From Octopus bimaculoides (Eukaryota), in assembly GCF_001194135.2 (NCBI RefSeq), contig NC_068982.1, positions 121,547,844 through 121,611,843 of the forward strand: DNA of 64,000 bases. The letters are read 5' to 3'. Made by a program: the position numbers and the translations under genes. Below are positions 11,266 through 25,812 of this stretch, in pieces; position 1 is the stretch's first letter, and each line of letters starts with the position of its first letter. The notes under the pieces are model-generated. The model was not told the origin of the DNA. It searched no databases and saw nothing but the letters and a program-made list of their open reading frames with translations.

Positions 11266-12849
11266 TAGACAGATAGAGAATCGCACGATGCAGCGTTGAA
11301 TAAAGTATACACATATTCAATGATATTACTGTTTTTATATTTGTTAAATCGAAAAGCGGTAACGCGAAACTCGGAGTAACCACTGTGTAATATCTGGTTC
11401 AATTACTATTATTATTGTTAACTCTATTCATTGAGAACTTTTCTTGGTATTTATGTATATATGCGCGCGCGCATGTGTGTGTCTTTATAACTGTCTGAAT
11501 TATAAAAAGACAATCCAGAATGTCTTTTGAAAACCAATGAAGACATACCATTATGTGTGTGTGTGTGAGAGAGAGAAAGAATGTGTGTGTGCGTGTGTCT
11601 CTCTGTCTGTCTGTACGTGTGTAAGTGTGCGTATGTCTATGTATGTATGTATGTATGTATGTATGTATGCATATATAATATGTGGGTATGTATGTATGTG
11701 TGTGTGCATACGTGTGTCAGAGAAAGAAACAAAATAAAAGTCAAAAAATGTTTTAATTCTGAATTCAATCGATAGATGACTCTTGGAGATAACACGAATA
11801 AAAGGAAACAGATTCTACCAAAGCCGAACAGAAAAAAATGAAGTCATATGGCACTGAGACTGTTCTTTAGATGAATATATTTTGATAGAAGATAACACTT
11901 TAAGAAAATAATCCGTTATCAGGTTATAAGCAGTGGAAGCTTACAACAAGGATATGTAAAACAAGCAGAAATTACGCAAAGTTCTACTCAAAAATAAAAA
12001 ATAAAAAGGATTTAGAAACGTTTCTGAGATAAACAGATGAGGAAGCGTAAAAGAATACAATAAACTCCACGTAGGAATTTGGTCGAGATTATGAATGAAT
12101 TTGTCTCCACTGCTTGCCGAAAGGATAAAAAGTAATAACTATCTATATGTCATACTTAATGTATAAACACCGTCGTTGACAGGCAAGTTATTGTAGTTTT
12201 CGTCCGCGATAAAATATATTTCTTATGGACGTGCTGTGTTTAAATCACAATGTATATAAGTAGGAGAAGAAAATTCGACCCGGCAGTCTGCAGGAAGTTT
12301 TTCGCCAAATGCATTTTAGCCTTGTTGTGAATGACGTGTACTCACAAACTGCCACATGTCTAGACGAGATTCGTCGCTTTCGTTATAGGAAGCAATGTAT
12401 AATATATACACTGGTGTTGCGAGTAGCCACCAGGCTGAATAAATAAAACAGTATATGCGACTGAAGTAGCACTACAGTTTTCGTCCGAGAAAAAAATCTC
12501 TTATGAACATGCTGTATTTAAAACATAATAAATATCGGAGGAAGACGAAAAATGGTTTCGGCAGCGGCTAGTGAGAATATCAATTGTTTTATGATTTTTA
12601 AATTTTTTTATAAAGATGGACTCTCTGTGTAATTAATCTCAGTAATTTTTTTTTATGCAAAAAGGTTCGTTGTTACATGCTTCCGTCTGCTGCATCTCGA
12701 TACGGCGACAAGCCTAATGTCTCTATGGTGAGTTAGCTTATCGGTCACTGCAGTCCACATTGACATCTCTTTCTTTGCACAAGCCAATGGAACTACAGAT
12801 CAGATCTATTGATGGAGCAAATTTCCAGCCACCTATGTGGTCGATCTGC

Positions 12850-12980
12850 CAGAAATAGGTAATATAGTCCGAGATACAAGAAAGAACCGGGATGGTCAGA
12901 GCTGAAATAAATTTGATCATAATTATGCTCCTTCGGAGCTCACCTAAGGCTAAATAATAGTATCAATAACAAAAACAACG
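12850..12980 (+). repeat. Interspersed repeat family D fragment (gggatggtca...gctgacct.gggctaa...caac tail)
   Basis: Similar segments at about 22270-22430, 26575-26730 (minus), 44960-45010 and 51470-51620. Confidence 0.5.
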
Positions 12981-14419
12981 ACTGCAGCCGCAACAACAGT
13001 AGATTCTAGTTGAAAACATCAAAAATATATCAGAGAACAAAGCCAGTAAGTCTTATCAGATCAAGCAGACAGAAGAATTGACCTCTAGTGTGAAGATAGA
13101 ATGATTTAAAGCTACATGTATGAGATGATAATCAACCAAACAATTTCCGACTGTGTTTAAGGACTCGGAATTGTTTTCGGAAAAGCCTTTCGGTTAAAAT
13201 CATGTGTTAAAACAACATTTAAAAGTGGTAAACTAATACAAAAGCATACAATGTATTGGTTGATAAAGTACAAAGATGAAATGATTACAGAATAAACAAA
13301 AGAACAACTGTTTATAAATCGATAAATTTGATAGAATAGAGAAGCCCAGAAATGCATAAAGAACCAAATTGAAAGTAATATTATTGACGAATCAGATTAG
13401 GATTCAACACATAATGAAAATACCAAAATATTGGGAAATGATATACAAGAAATAAGTTAGTGCTTTAATACAATTACTGTAGTTAATTATTGCAATTAAC
13501 TGCTGTATAAGTTAACTGGTAGGAAGAGGCGATAAAATGAAACAAGAACAATAATAGTAGCTTTCAGGATAGATCAACGAACATCAGACATGGAGACGCT
13601 ATGTGTAATAGCTGAGAGGAACTTCTACAAGATTCCTATGCTATAATAAAGGGATGGGGTTTCTAGAAAGAAGTATATATATATAAAAAAAACTGGTATA
13701 AGATGTACATATACGGTAAGTTTACAAAAACTGTGTAAAAGAAGACAAAATAGATCAATAGAAATAGCTACAGAACACGAATAGAAAGAAAAAAAAACGT
13801 CTTCCATTTTCAGGAGGCAACACAAATACACAGATGTAACAATAGAAATGTTTACCAAATGACAATGAAGAGACGAAAATGGAATAGACAGAGATAAAAG
13901 AATAAGGAATAAAGACATATGGAAGAGAAATTGCAGAAGATAACAAGACTGAACAGAGAGGATACTGACGAATACAAACATTTGTGTTACTTCAAAAGCT
14001 CGAGGTTAAAAGAAGACATTGAATGAGTTTTAATCGTCTCTGCTGAGCAAGACGCCTCCTTTGAACATGATAGAAAGTAAAAGGTAAATAACAGAAGTAG
14101 GATTTGTAGTGATTATGAAGAGAGGAGAGACTTCTTTGTTTTTCAATTCTGGATCTTGATTAAACTAAATAAAATAAACGACTTATCGGGATTGGTATGT
14201 TTGTAGACAGGTGACTGTGTTGAAGTAAGGTGGTTGAGGTTCATACACACAGACACAGTAGCAACAGCAAAACAATGAAAGGAAACAACGAACCTACCAT
14301 AATCTGGGACATGAAAAGAAAGAATAATTTAAGTAAAACTGAACTACTATTATTACTCAGGAGTAATAAGCCAAACATTTGTATCATACATGTATGATAA
14401 TAATAATAATCCTTTTTTT

Positions 14420-14619
14420 ACTATTAGCACAAGACCTGCAATTTTGAGGGAGGGGGGCTTGTCGATTCCAACGTCCACAGTGCTTAACTAGTACTTATTT
14501 CAACGATCTCAAATAGGCAAAAGGCAAAGTCAATCTCAGCGGAATTAGAACTCAGAATGTAAAGACGGACAAAATTAATTTTCCTCGGCGTGCTAACGAT
14601 TCTGCCAGCTCGCCGCCTT
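14420..14619 (-). mobile_element. SINE family C
   Basis: Ends in cgtgctaacgattctgccagctcgccgcctt, the reverse complement of the family C head. Confidence 0.85.
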
Positions 14620-14639
14620 AATACTGATAAAAATCCTCT

Positions 14640-14812
14640 CTGCTATAGGCACAAGGCCTGAAATTTTGGAGAAGAGATTACATCGACACCAATACTCAAC
14701 TGGTACTTATTTTATCGACTCTGGCGGAATTTGAACTCAGAACGTGAAGACAAACGAAATGCCGCTAAGCATTTCGCCCGGCGTGCTAAAGATTCAGCTA
14801 CCTCGCAGCCTT
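14640..14812 (-). mobile_element. SINE family C, second tandem copy with internal deletion
   Basis: ggcggaatttgaactcagaacgt...gccgctaagcatttcgcccggcgtgcta. Confidence 0.85.
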
Positions 14813-14814
14813 CA

Positions 14815-14947
14815 TAATAATAATAATATTAATATTAATAATAATAATAATAATAATAATAACAATAATAATAATAATAATAATAACAACGACAACAACA
14901 ACAATAAGCTAACAACAACAGCGACAACAACAGCAACAATGATGATG

Positions 14948-15000
<53 letters not shown>
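14815..15000. repeat. Compound (AAT)/(AAC) microsatellite
   Basis: Direct reading. Confidence 0.95.
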
Positions 15001-15003
15001 CTA

Positions 15004-15163
15004 TGCCAACACTATGGAATAACAACAGTAAAAAGATGGTATAGGCACACGCCAGAAAAGGTCACAGAAAAGCAACCATACTCTGGGATATGTCAATACA
15101 CACAGATAGAGAAATTAAGGCCAATAGACCTGATATAGTTGTCAAAGATCACCAAGAAAAAAA

Positions 15164-15165
<2 letters not shown>
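15004..15165 (+). mobile_element. R4/Dong-like non-LTR fragment (start of restriction-like endonuclease)
   Basis: QHYGITTVKRWYRHTPEKVTE / TILWDMSIHTDREIKANRPDIVVKD. Confidence 0.8.
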
Positions 15166-15216
<51 letters not shown>

Positions 15217-15589
15217 AATGCCTCGAAAACAATAAATTTGTTCCTTTTCCGAAAGTAAAGGTTTTTCAAATNNNNNNNNNNTGATGATGATGATGATGAT
15301 GATAATGCCTCGAAAACAATAAATTTGTTCCTTTTCCGAAAGTAAAGGTTTTTCAAATGTCTACAAAAACCACAGAAGTCACTCACTTTCTATCACCCAC
15401 AGAAATGGATTACCCCTAGAAAGCCGACTAAAAATTATAACTTCTCACATGAACATTCTGAACAAATTTTATCACCTAATAGGTTCCGCGTTTTAAGTGA
15501 AGATTTCGAGCAAAGCCCAAAAAGTAGTCAGGAATCTAATGAGTAAAAGACTCTGAAAACCACTTGCCTGAGAAAAACCATCACACTAG

Positions 15590-16160
15590 AGAATAAGTCG
15601 GTTATAAATTTATCTAAACTAAAACTTTCGCCCGACGATGTCTCAGTCTCAGAGCTTGGACTGAGGTTTTGCCCAAGCACTAAGAATTTCGACAAGAATA
15701 AACTAGCTCAAGGGCTATTTCAGTTTGTCCGTCACCACAAGCTGAAAGAATATATATATTTTTTGAAAAAACTGGTAACGAGGAGTCAGAAAACCCTATG
15801 TTTACTAAAAATGTTGATGATCGAATCTGGCATAATTGGATTGAAAAGAATCCCAATTGGTATCCAGATAAAGTTCGGGATGGACGTTCACAAGCACTAC
15901 TGGAATTTCTTGAATCTTGTCAGGCAGGCATTAGAGAAAGCCTTAAAACAAGTGGAAAGAAGTCCTGGAATAACCTCACAAATTCCTAACGTTACGCACG
16001 CCGACATCTAGCTAATAACGATTTTATTTTTATTAAGATGGCGGATAAGGGAGGAGCTATCGTAATTATGGACAAAAGTGAGTATATTTCGGCTTGGGAA
16101 AAAGTTTTGAATGACAAAACTTCATATGAAGAATTACCTGTCGAGTATTCGAGTGGTTAC
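15590..16160 (+). mobile_element. Penelope-like RT, N-terminal fragment
   Basis: INLSKLKLSPDDVSVSELGLRFCPST and IKMADKGGAIVIMDKSEY, characteristic PLE RT motifs. Confidence 0.85.
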
Positions 16161-16169
16161 AAGCAGTGC

Positions 16170-17895
<1,726 letters not shown>

Positions 17896-17939
17896 ATGAA
17901 GGATTTGCCAAAAACTGACTTGTGAATGCTCATGAATTC

Positions 17940-18795
17940 CGACTCCGAACAACCAACGAGAGAGAAGAAACCCTACTCTGCATGGAATTACAGGGTCAGT
18001 TCCAACGTGAAACTAACAAATTAAAAGACCAGGAAGCATCATAGAGTTGGCTCAACAAGGGTGACCTAAAAAAGAATATTGAAAGCCTAATCATCGCTAC
18101 TCAGGATTAGGCATTGAATACCAACTCAGTGAAAATGGATATATAGCACACAAGTGCAACAAACCTCTGCAGAATGTGTGGGAAGAGGATTGAAAGCGTG
18201 ACTCACATTGTTAGTGCCTGTGAAAGTCTTGAGCAGAAAGAGTACGACAGGGTAGCCCCACACTTTAACTGGCTTCTATGCCAGGAGTATGGATACGAGA
18301 GAACGGCTGCTCGGTACCAATATACACCGGAAAATGTAATGGACGAAAGGGGAAGGCAAATATCGTCTGGGACTTTGACTTCCAAACAGACAAAGTGTTA
18401 GAGCACCGAAGGCCGGATGTAGTAGCCTTTAGGAGGGACAAACAAGAGTGCCTAATAATTGACGTGTGAGTGTCAGGAGATCAACATATCATCATGAAAG
18501 AGAAAAGTTTGATAAATATGGAGACCTGAGATGTAGCAGCTACGGGAGTCAAGCATAAAGGTTGTTCTTATTGTCATCGGAGGATTAGGTTCAATACCAC
18601 CCAACCTGAAAAAAAAACAATCTAGGTGTATTGCAAAATTCGGCATTACATGGAACTGCACGCATATTCCATAAAGTACTGTCTGTATGAGGTCCTTGTT
18701 GTGACTTGACAGACAGCACAAACCCCCGGTACACGCAATATCTTCAATCAACAGCATCACGATATTAGATACTGTGCGGCGTCTAAATAATAATG

Positions 18796-18860
<65 letters not shown>
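17940..18860 (+). mobile_element. R4/Dong-like non-LTR 3' fragment with (AAT)n tail
   Basis: WLNKGDLKK..ESLIIA.QD, CRMCGKRIESVTHIVSAC (CCHC knuckle), IVWDFDFQTDKVLEHRRPDVV. Confidence 0.88.
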
Positions 18861-18861
<1 letters not shown>

Positions 18862-19907
18862 CTGTTGTTGAAAGAAATTACGAGAAAAGGGGGAAATAAT
18901 AGTTGTACATGTTTTGTAATTAACCATGTGTGAATGGGTATAAAATTTCATATTTACTACGAGTGTGTAATATCATATTGGTCATGAGTGTGTAATATCA
19001 TATTTGTTACGAGTGAATTTTAATGGATATAATTGCAACATCATTGTGTTGTCATGTGTATTGACTATAAATATAAATATGATATACTACTGTCAATATG
19101 TATGTAATTTTGTAAAGAGTGCAAAATATCATGTTGGATACTGGCTGTGAAAATAATATCTGATTGGCTGTTTATTTTTATGACGCAGTCACAAGAGAAA
19201 TGGAAACAGACCTTAACATTTTGTAAGGTCTCTAAGATTTGTGGGAGGCGGGGGAAGAGACGAAGAAATCGTGACTCATACGTTGCAGCAGTAGGAAGTA
19301 ATACATCAGGAATATGGAATAATCTGCAAGACTGGAAACATGGTCAGACCAACAGAATGCACTCTGATACAGGCAATTAGGAGTCAATTTAGTGATAGGG
19401 GTGGCGGCAGCAGATATACACAACACACACACATTTATTATTCTTTTACAATATTCTTGACAGTGATTCCGAATTTTTGGCCTGCAAGCCTTCAACGGAT
19501 TATCCGATATAACCGACTTACCCCTACTACGAAATTGCTGGCCTTGTGCCAAAGCATGAAATCAATATAATATATATATATATATATATANNNNNNNNNN
19601 NNNNNNNNNNNNNNNNNNNNNNNNNNNNNNNNNNNNNNNNNNNNNNNNNNNNNNNNNNNNNNNNNNNNNNNNNNNNNNNNNNNNNNNNNNNNNNNNNNNN
19701 NNNNNNNNNNNNNNNNNNNNNNNNNNNNNNNNNNNNNNNNNNNNNNNNNNNNNNNNNNNNNNNNNNNNNNNNNNNNNNNNNNNNNNNNNNNNNNNNNNNN
19801 NNNNNNNNNNNNNNNNNNNNNNNNNNNNNNNNNNNNNNNNNNNNNNNNNNNNNNNNNNNNNNNNNNNNNNNNNNNNNNNNNNNNNNNNNNNNNNNNNNNN
19901 NNNNNNN

Positions 19908-19958
<51 letters not shown>

Positions 19959-20004
19959 ATGTTTGTGAGTATGTTCGTGGAATGAGGCACAGCTTGAAGA
20001 TTAT

Positions 20005-20260
20005 TACGGCTAGGAACCTTCCACAAAATGAAAATCCGACTCGAATGTAAACAGGTTTCAAGACGTCGAGGAAATCCAAGGAAATTCGACGAAGCAGCTG
20101 CTCACTATCTCAAAAAGGAGTTCCAGGAATGCCTCCATCAATGGAAATGTCACTGGATAAAGTATCTGGCTTCAGAAGGGAATACTTGGAAAGAGATTGA
20201 ATAGCAAATTGATCTGTTGTACGATAAGTGTTCATCAAATATTTCTTCTGACCCACTTCC
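20005..20260 (+). mobile_element. Mariner transposase C-terminal relic
   Basis: KRFQDVEEIQGNSTKQL...EFQECLHQWK.HWIK...EG.Y. Confidence 0.7.
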
Positions 20261-20299
20261 CAAAGACTGGGATAAACGAAACTTGGCATAATTATTGGT

Positions 20300-21090
20300 C
20301 CTTCTCTACATAGCTACTACCAATGGTGGCACACTTCTCCCATCGCTTTATGTAGCTGTGAATACCTCGTGCGTAGAAGTCGGTAGGTTGCATCTGAAGC
20401 TAAGACTTTACCTCGGAAATAAGTTCATCATCATCCGAAAAGTGCTTCCCCATTCAAAAAAGACTTCATGGTTGTAAAGAGGTGGAAGTTAGATGGTGCG
20501 AGGTCGGGAGAGTAAGGGGGAAGAGGAAGGATTTCATTACCGCAGGAGTGTACTTTCATCTGGGCAACATGTGAATTCTGAACTGGGGCGTTGTCTTGGA
20601 GGAAGACAGACTCCTTTGGTCAGCATGCTACGCCTCTTTGCTTTGATGGCATCCCGAAATTTCTGCAGTAGAGAAGTATAATATGCCCCATTAATTATGG
20701 TGTCCTTTGTCAGAAAATCTATCATCACTATTCCGTGCTGGTCCCAAAAGACTGAGCATCACCTTGCCTGCTGAGGGTTGGACACGAGCCTTCTTTGGAG
20801 TTGGTGAGTTATCATGCTTCTATTGACACTACTGGACTTTAGTCTCAGGATCATAGTGATGGACCCATGTTTCATCCTGTATGATAAAACTCCTCCTTGT
20901 TTTCTTGGCTCATTGCCAAAAGAACCTGAGAACAATTTTATCGTTCCTGCTTCTGAAAAGGTGTGAGCATCCGGGGAATCCATCATGCAGGCAACTTCCG
21001 CATGTGCAAATGGTCGTGAATGATTTTTTTCCCACGGACGCTACACTTATCATCACTTCTTGGGCAAAGAATTGAGAACGATGTCTCTCG
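20300..21090 (-). mobile_element. Mariner (DD34D-type) transposase relic
   Basis: IIHDHLHMRK...WIPRMLTPFQKQER, TMI/WVHHY-like block, IDFLTKDTIINGAYYTSLLQKFRDAIKAKRR, PPYSPDLAPSNFHLF. Confidence 0.88.
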
Positions 21091-21809
21091 GTGCTGACAC
21101 AGGCGGATCATCAGCTGTACTTTACATCTCATCTATGTTTCGGCCTTTTAAATACATTTCCATTTGATTGGTCGGTATCACATTCCGTTTTGCTTACAAA
21201 CTTCATGAACCAACCTCTGCTGCCCATCGAATCAGCTTCACCTACTCCCCCACTTCACATCCAAACACTGCCAAAGCCAGAATCTACTTCTTGAACGCAA
21301 GCCTCGCAATGCTCCTACACTCGTCCTCTCCCGTTCACAGCTCTACTCTCCGTCCATTTCCTTTGCACTCTTCTATCAACTTTGTATATTTTCCCGTATC
21401 GTCTTTCTATCTCTCGCTCCTTTCATTTTCGTTTCTACATTTCTGACAAGTCTATGATGATTACACGGCTTTGCGTCCTTGATACAAGAATTAGATCAGA
21501 CTCATTGTTGAGACCCGGGTTTCATAGTGGCGTTTCTCATATCTGATGGCATCGTCTGCTTACCTTCCCTGTCTACTAACATCGAGTCATCTGTTGCTGC
21601 TAACATCCAACGAGCACCAAAGGACATCATATTTGTACAAATTATCAGAACTTATATTAGTACAAATTTAATGTCTTATATGATATTAGCTCTGTGTACT
21701 ATAATATTGGCAATGGCTATGGGAAGTTAATATCTTATAGGCTACGTGTTTCTCATATTCTGTATAACTATGCATATATAATATATATTTGACTAAGTAT
21801 AATATCTTA

Positions 21810-21811
<2 letters not shown>

Positions 21812-21844
<33 letters not shown>

Positions 21845-21961
21845 CACATACATAATATACATAAATACACACACATATATACATATATATATATTGCCTA
21901 TGTTTGTGTGTGTGTGTGTGTGTGCGTGTGTGTGTTTGTGTGTGTGTGTGTGTGTGCGTGT

Positions 21962-22041
<80 letters not shown>

Positions 22042-22050
22042 GTGAGTGTG
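21812..22050. repeat. Compound (GT)n/(GA)n microsatellite
   Basis: Direct reading. Confidence 0.95.
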
Positions 22051-22497
22051 TGAAATCAAATTGGATAAGAATGCATAATATAATGGTTTCTAATTTGAAA
22101 TAATAATGGTTTGGCGATGTAACATCTTATCTCTAATGAAATATTGAACGGAAATATCATGACTAATATCGTATTAACAATACATAAATAGATTAATCTA
22201 TTTTAACACGATTACTTTACACAGCTAAACATATACGAGGTATCTTTCACAGAGACTCTATGATGGTGTTCGTCTTTGTTAGAATAACAGCCAAATCTCT
22301 CTCAAGTCACATACTACCATCTTTAAGAAAAAGGGTAAAGAAACTGTTCATGTAATCTTAGAGACAAAATGGTCAGAGCTAGAATGTCTTTGACCATTGA
22401 TCGATCAGAGTTGACTTGAGGGTTAACAGCAACACAATACAAATGTACTTCAATGCTCTTCATGTGTAACATTTTTATACACACATTAGAATAAATT

Positions 22498-22571
<74 letters not shown>

Positions 22572-24224
22572 TAATGATGATGATGATGTTGTTTATCTCT
22601 AGGTCTTGTTGATTTTGAAGACCTATGATAAAAGATGTTTCAACGCTGACCGTTCCTTTTTCTTCTCGACACAGTAAATCTTAGGACTGCATTATTTAAT
22701 GCGTGACTTTCTTTTTTTCTTTTTTTTAATGGCTGGATTTGACGGAGATTCATTTGCTGTTTCTTGCAAATCAAAGAGCTTTATTATAGATAACTTATAC
22801 TGATAGTGTTGATGCGGTGATGTTGATGTTAATTACAGAGATTATTGCAGTTTGTGCTGAGGTGTGTTTTTTTAGTTCTAGATCAACCCTAATGCAGCAG
22901 ACGTAATACTCAACAACGCTCCAGCCGTCACCGTCAAAGCTGCAGCCAGTTTCAAAAACTGACCAAAGCAAAACGTTAAGGAGCGACACTTACATACAGG
23001 GCCAGATTAAGGCCCATAAAGACCCTAAGCACTCACAAGATTTTAGTGCCCCTATATATATGTAATTCAAGATATACTCAATAATAAATCATAAAATAAT
23101 TTTCTATTTTACAAAGTGAAACAAAACTAACATTAAGATGGAAAATAATGTTTATTTTTGTATACTTCCACTTTATTTATATTTGAAAAGTTTTCGCTTT
23201 ATTTTTAATTGCATTCACTTTTCACTCTTATTTATTAATTAGTTAACTGTTTAACCAATTAACTAATCGATTGAAACAGACAGACAGACCTGGATAAGAA
23301 GGTAAAAAAGTCATGTCAATAGGAAAGTCATGGATGACAACGATAGGTCTTTGACAAACCTAGCTGATTGACTGATCGACCGAGCGATTAATCAAGCAAT
23401 CGATTAGTTAATTGTTGAATGGTTAAGCGAAAAACGGATACAAATAAAGAAGTGAAACAGAACTAGTGCGTGTGTTTATTACTGGTATACTCATCCTCCT
23501 GACATACAATAGAATATGCTTCAACACGCGAGTTCACATCAAGAATCTTGCAAACCAAATACAAAAAGCAAAATATTTAATGAATATTTAACTGTTCAGG
23601 ATTTGTTCTCCCGCTGCACGGCTGATCCGCATCATCATCGCTATACAGTGAACGATAATTCAGTTATTATCGAATCAACTGGTAGAGAAAATAAGGAACC
23701 ATAAGAAAACGTGAATGTTTAGGAAGAAAGATTTGGATCAGTGTAAACTAGTAGACAACTTTTTTTGGAAATTGTTCCAAATTTCATGGGCTTGTAACAC
23801 TGGACATCGAGTTAATAGGAAGACTTCGTTTTAGTAAGTGCATGATCGTTTTTCAGCTTATTCAACCTGACTGGGTTAAGCAATACAATATGCACGATGC
23901 GATTCTGTGCGGTTGCCAGATTACTATATTCCACTTACAAAGTATTGAATTACTCAGAAGCTATTTGATCGAACCTGGAACCACGTTGTTGCAAAGGAAA
24001 ATTCTTTCCGACTGATTTGCACACATGACTAAATTATACAATGTTCGTGATGTTCCTTATTTGTAAACAAGGATCAGACTGTCCTGTTCTTTCTATAAGC
24101 TGTAAATTAATTTTGATTATTTCTCAACTTCTTGAAATTATCTCCCCTCCTTTCGAGTTTCGCTAAAAATTTTCTTGCTCTGATTGGAAGGCAAACTTCA
24201 GTCATATAAGTGTGTATGTATGCG

Positions 24225-24286
<62 letters not shown>

Positions 24287-24364
24287 CGTCTATCTGTCTG
24301 TCTGTCTGTCTGTCTGTTTGGCTGGCTGGCTGGCTGACCGGCTGACTGGCTGGCCGGCTGGCTG

Positions 24365-24640
24365 ACTGAGTGGCTTAGAATTTTGCTTCTCAATTACAAG
24401 GTCCTGGGTTTGATCCCACTGCTATGGTAAAGTGCTTTTACCAAAGTTCGGATCGACAGGAGCCTTGTGAGCGAATTTGAGTAGTCAGAAACCTGTCGGA
24501 CTGACAACAGTGTATCACGGTGATTCTACACGAGAACTACGTTCACAGTGTGGAATACTGAGTCACGGGAATTCAACGATCGTGTTGTTCAATTGATCGA
24601 ACTACTGGACGCTCTCACGACGTCGAAATTGACGCAAAGT
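24365..24640 (+). mobile_element. Old SINE copy with family-A-like head and family-B-like tail
   Basis: gccttgtgagcgaatttgagtag..gaaac (A) followed by gtatcacggtgattctacacgagaactacgtt...gacgtcgaaattgacg (B). Confidence 0.55.
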
Positions 24641-24875
24641 GCATCGCACACACAAACACACGCACACACACACATACACAATCACACACACATACAATGG
24701 AACAATATTGGTGTGCATGTGTGTGTGCATGCGCGTAATGCCAACGACTAGAAGGGAACAGTGAGCCCCCTTGCTTACAGTATGTCTAGGACACAGATCG
24801 TCTGCCGATAAACCAGTTAAAAAGAAGTAACATACTCTTAGTCAGGGCTGTCACGTTATGTTAGCAAATAAACTT

Positions 24876-24917
<42 letters not shown>

Positions 24918-25194
24918 GCGATATGGTTTCCAACAATCTTTTGACTCGGCTCTCGACTCTAAATCTTTGTTAATATTATGTNNNNNNNNNNNNNNNNNNN
25001 NNNNNNNNNNNNNNNNNNNNNNNNNNNNNNNNNNNNNNNNNNNNNNNNNNNNNNNNNNNNNNNNNNNNNNNNNNNNNNNNNNNNNNNNNNNNNNNNNNNN
25101 NNNNNNNNNNNNNNNNNNNNNNNNNNNNNNNNNNNNNNNNNNNNNNNNNNNNNNATATATATATATATACATACAAACATACACACACGCATAC

Positions 25195-25233
<39 letters not shown>

Positions 25234-25368
25234 AACATACATATACATATATATATATATATATAAATATACATGTACATATATATACACACACATATAT
25301 ATGTATGTATATATATATGCGTGTTCGCGCGCGCACATGTATAAGTAGTATATGTATATAATACTTAC

Positions 25369-25812
25369 CTACCATGGAAGGTAATCGAAGGATAGTGACC
25401 AGTTTTCCAGCAAGTGCTGCAGCAGTGTACAACACAATGAGAGAGAATACATTAGAACCAGGTAATGCTTGTTGTGGTGAAATAGCCAAACACACCAACC
25501 ACAGTAATGCAAGCGATATGATGTAGGACAAATAGCGAGCGAGTTCACCGTGTGGAGGGCACAAGAAGGCGTACTTGAGACTGTGACGAAAACTTTCAGG
25601 TTTATCTGGACGTGGATGATATTTCGTTTGGAAAGGTTTTCTGCAGTTACTGGCTAGCTGGCTAAATCGATTCCATTTGGAAGGAATCATCTCCTCGCTG
25701 TCACCTCTGGGGATGGTTTCCATCGTAGAGGAAATGGAAACAAAATCTGATATAACTTGGTTGGAGAAGAGAGAAGGTTGTGGTGATGGTGGTGGTGGTG
25801 GTGTCGCTGTTG
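25369..25812 (-). CDS. SLC9B2: Exon of an SLC9B/NHA-type (NHA2-like, CPA2) Na+/H+ antiporter; N-terminus and first TM helices. In-frame ATG at 25723; 5' boundary uncertain
   Basis: ...FRHSLKYAFLCPPHGELARYLSYIISLALLWLVCLAISPQQALPGSNVFSLIVLYTAAALAGKLVTILRLPSMVG resembles the SLC9B CPPHG...LPGGNLF...GGKL...LP.LLG motif; phase-1 donor G|GTAAGT at 25369/25368; polypyrimidine tract + CAG acceptor at 25813. Paralog assignment (B1 vs B2) not resolvable. Confidence 0.9.

Noticed and set aside
12738-12920. 60-aa minus ORF as a possible next SLC9B exon
   Set aside because: No similarity to the expected MLxxG/RAGLGL region, and half of it is repeat family D
15166-15360. Exact ~75-bp duplication either side of a 10-N gap
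   Set aside because: Identical copies flanking a tiny gap are the signature of an unmerged contig overlap
21095-21500. Possible Penelope 3' end and a GAAA...CUGAUGA (type II-like) hammerhead arrangement on the minus strand
   Set aside because: Stems I and II do not pair at the core-adjacent positions; element identity too weak
21527-21730. Hydrophobic 67-aa ORF and a minus-strand GTAAGC donor
   Set aside because: No family motif; not SLC9B-like in any frame
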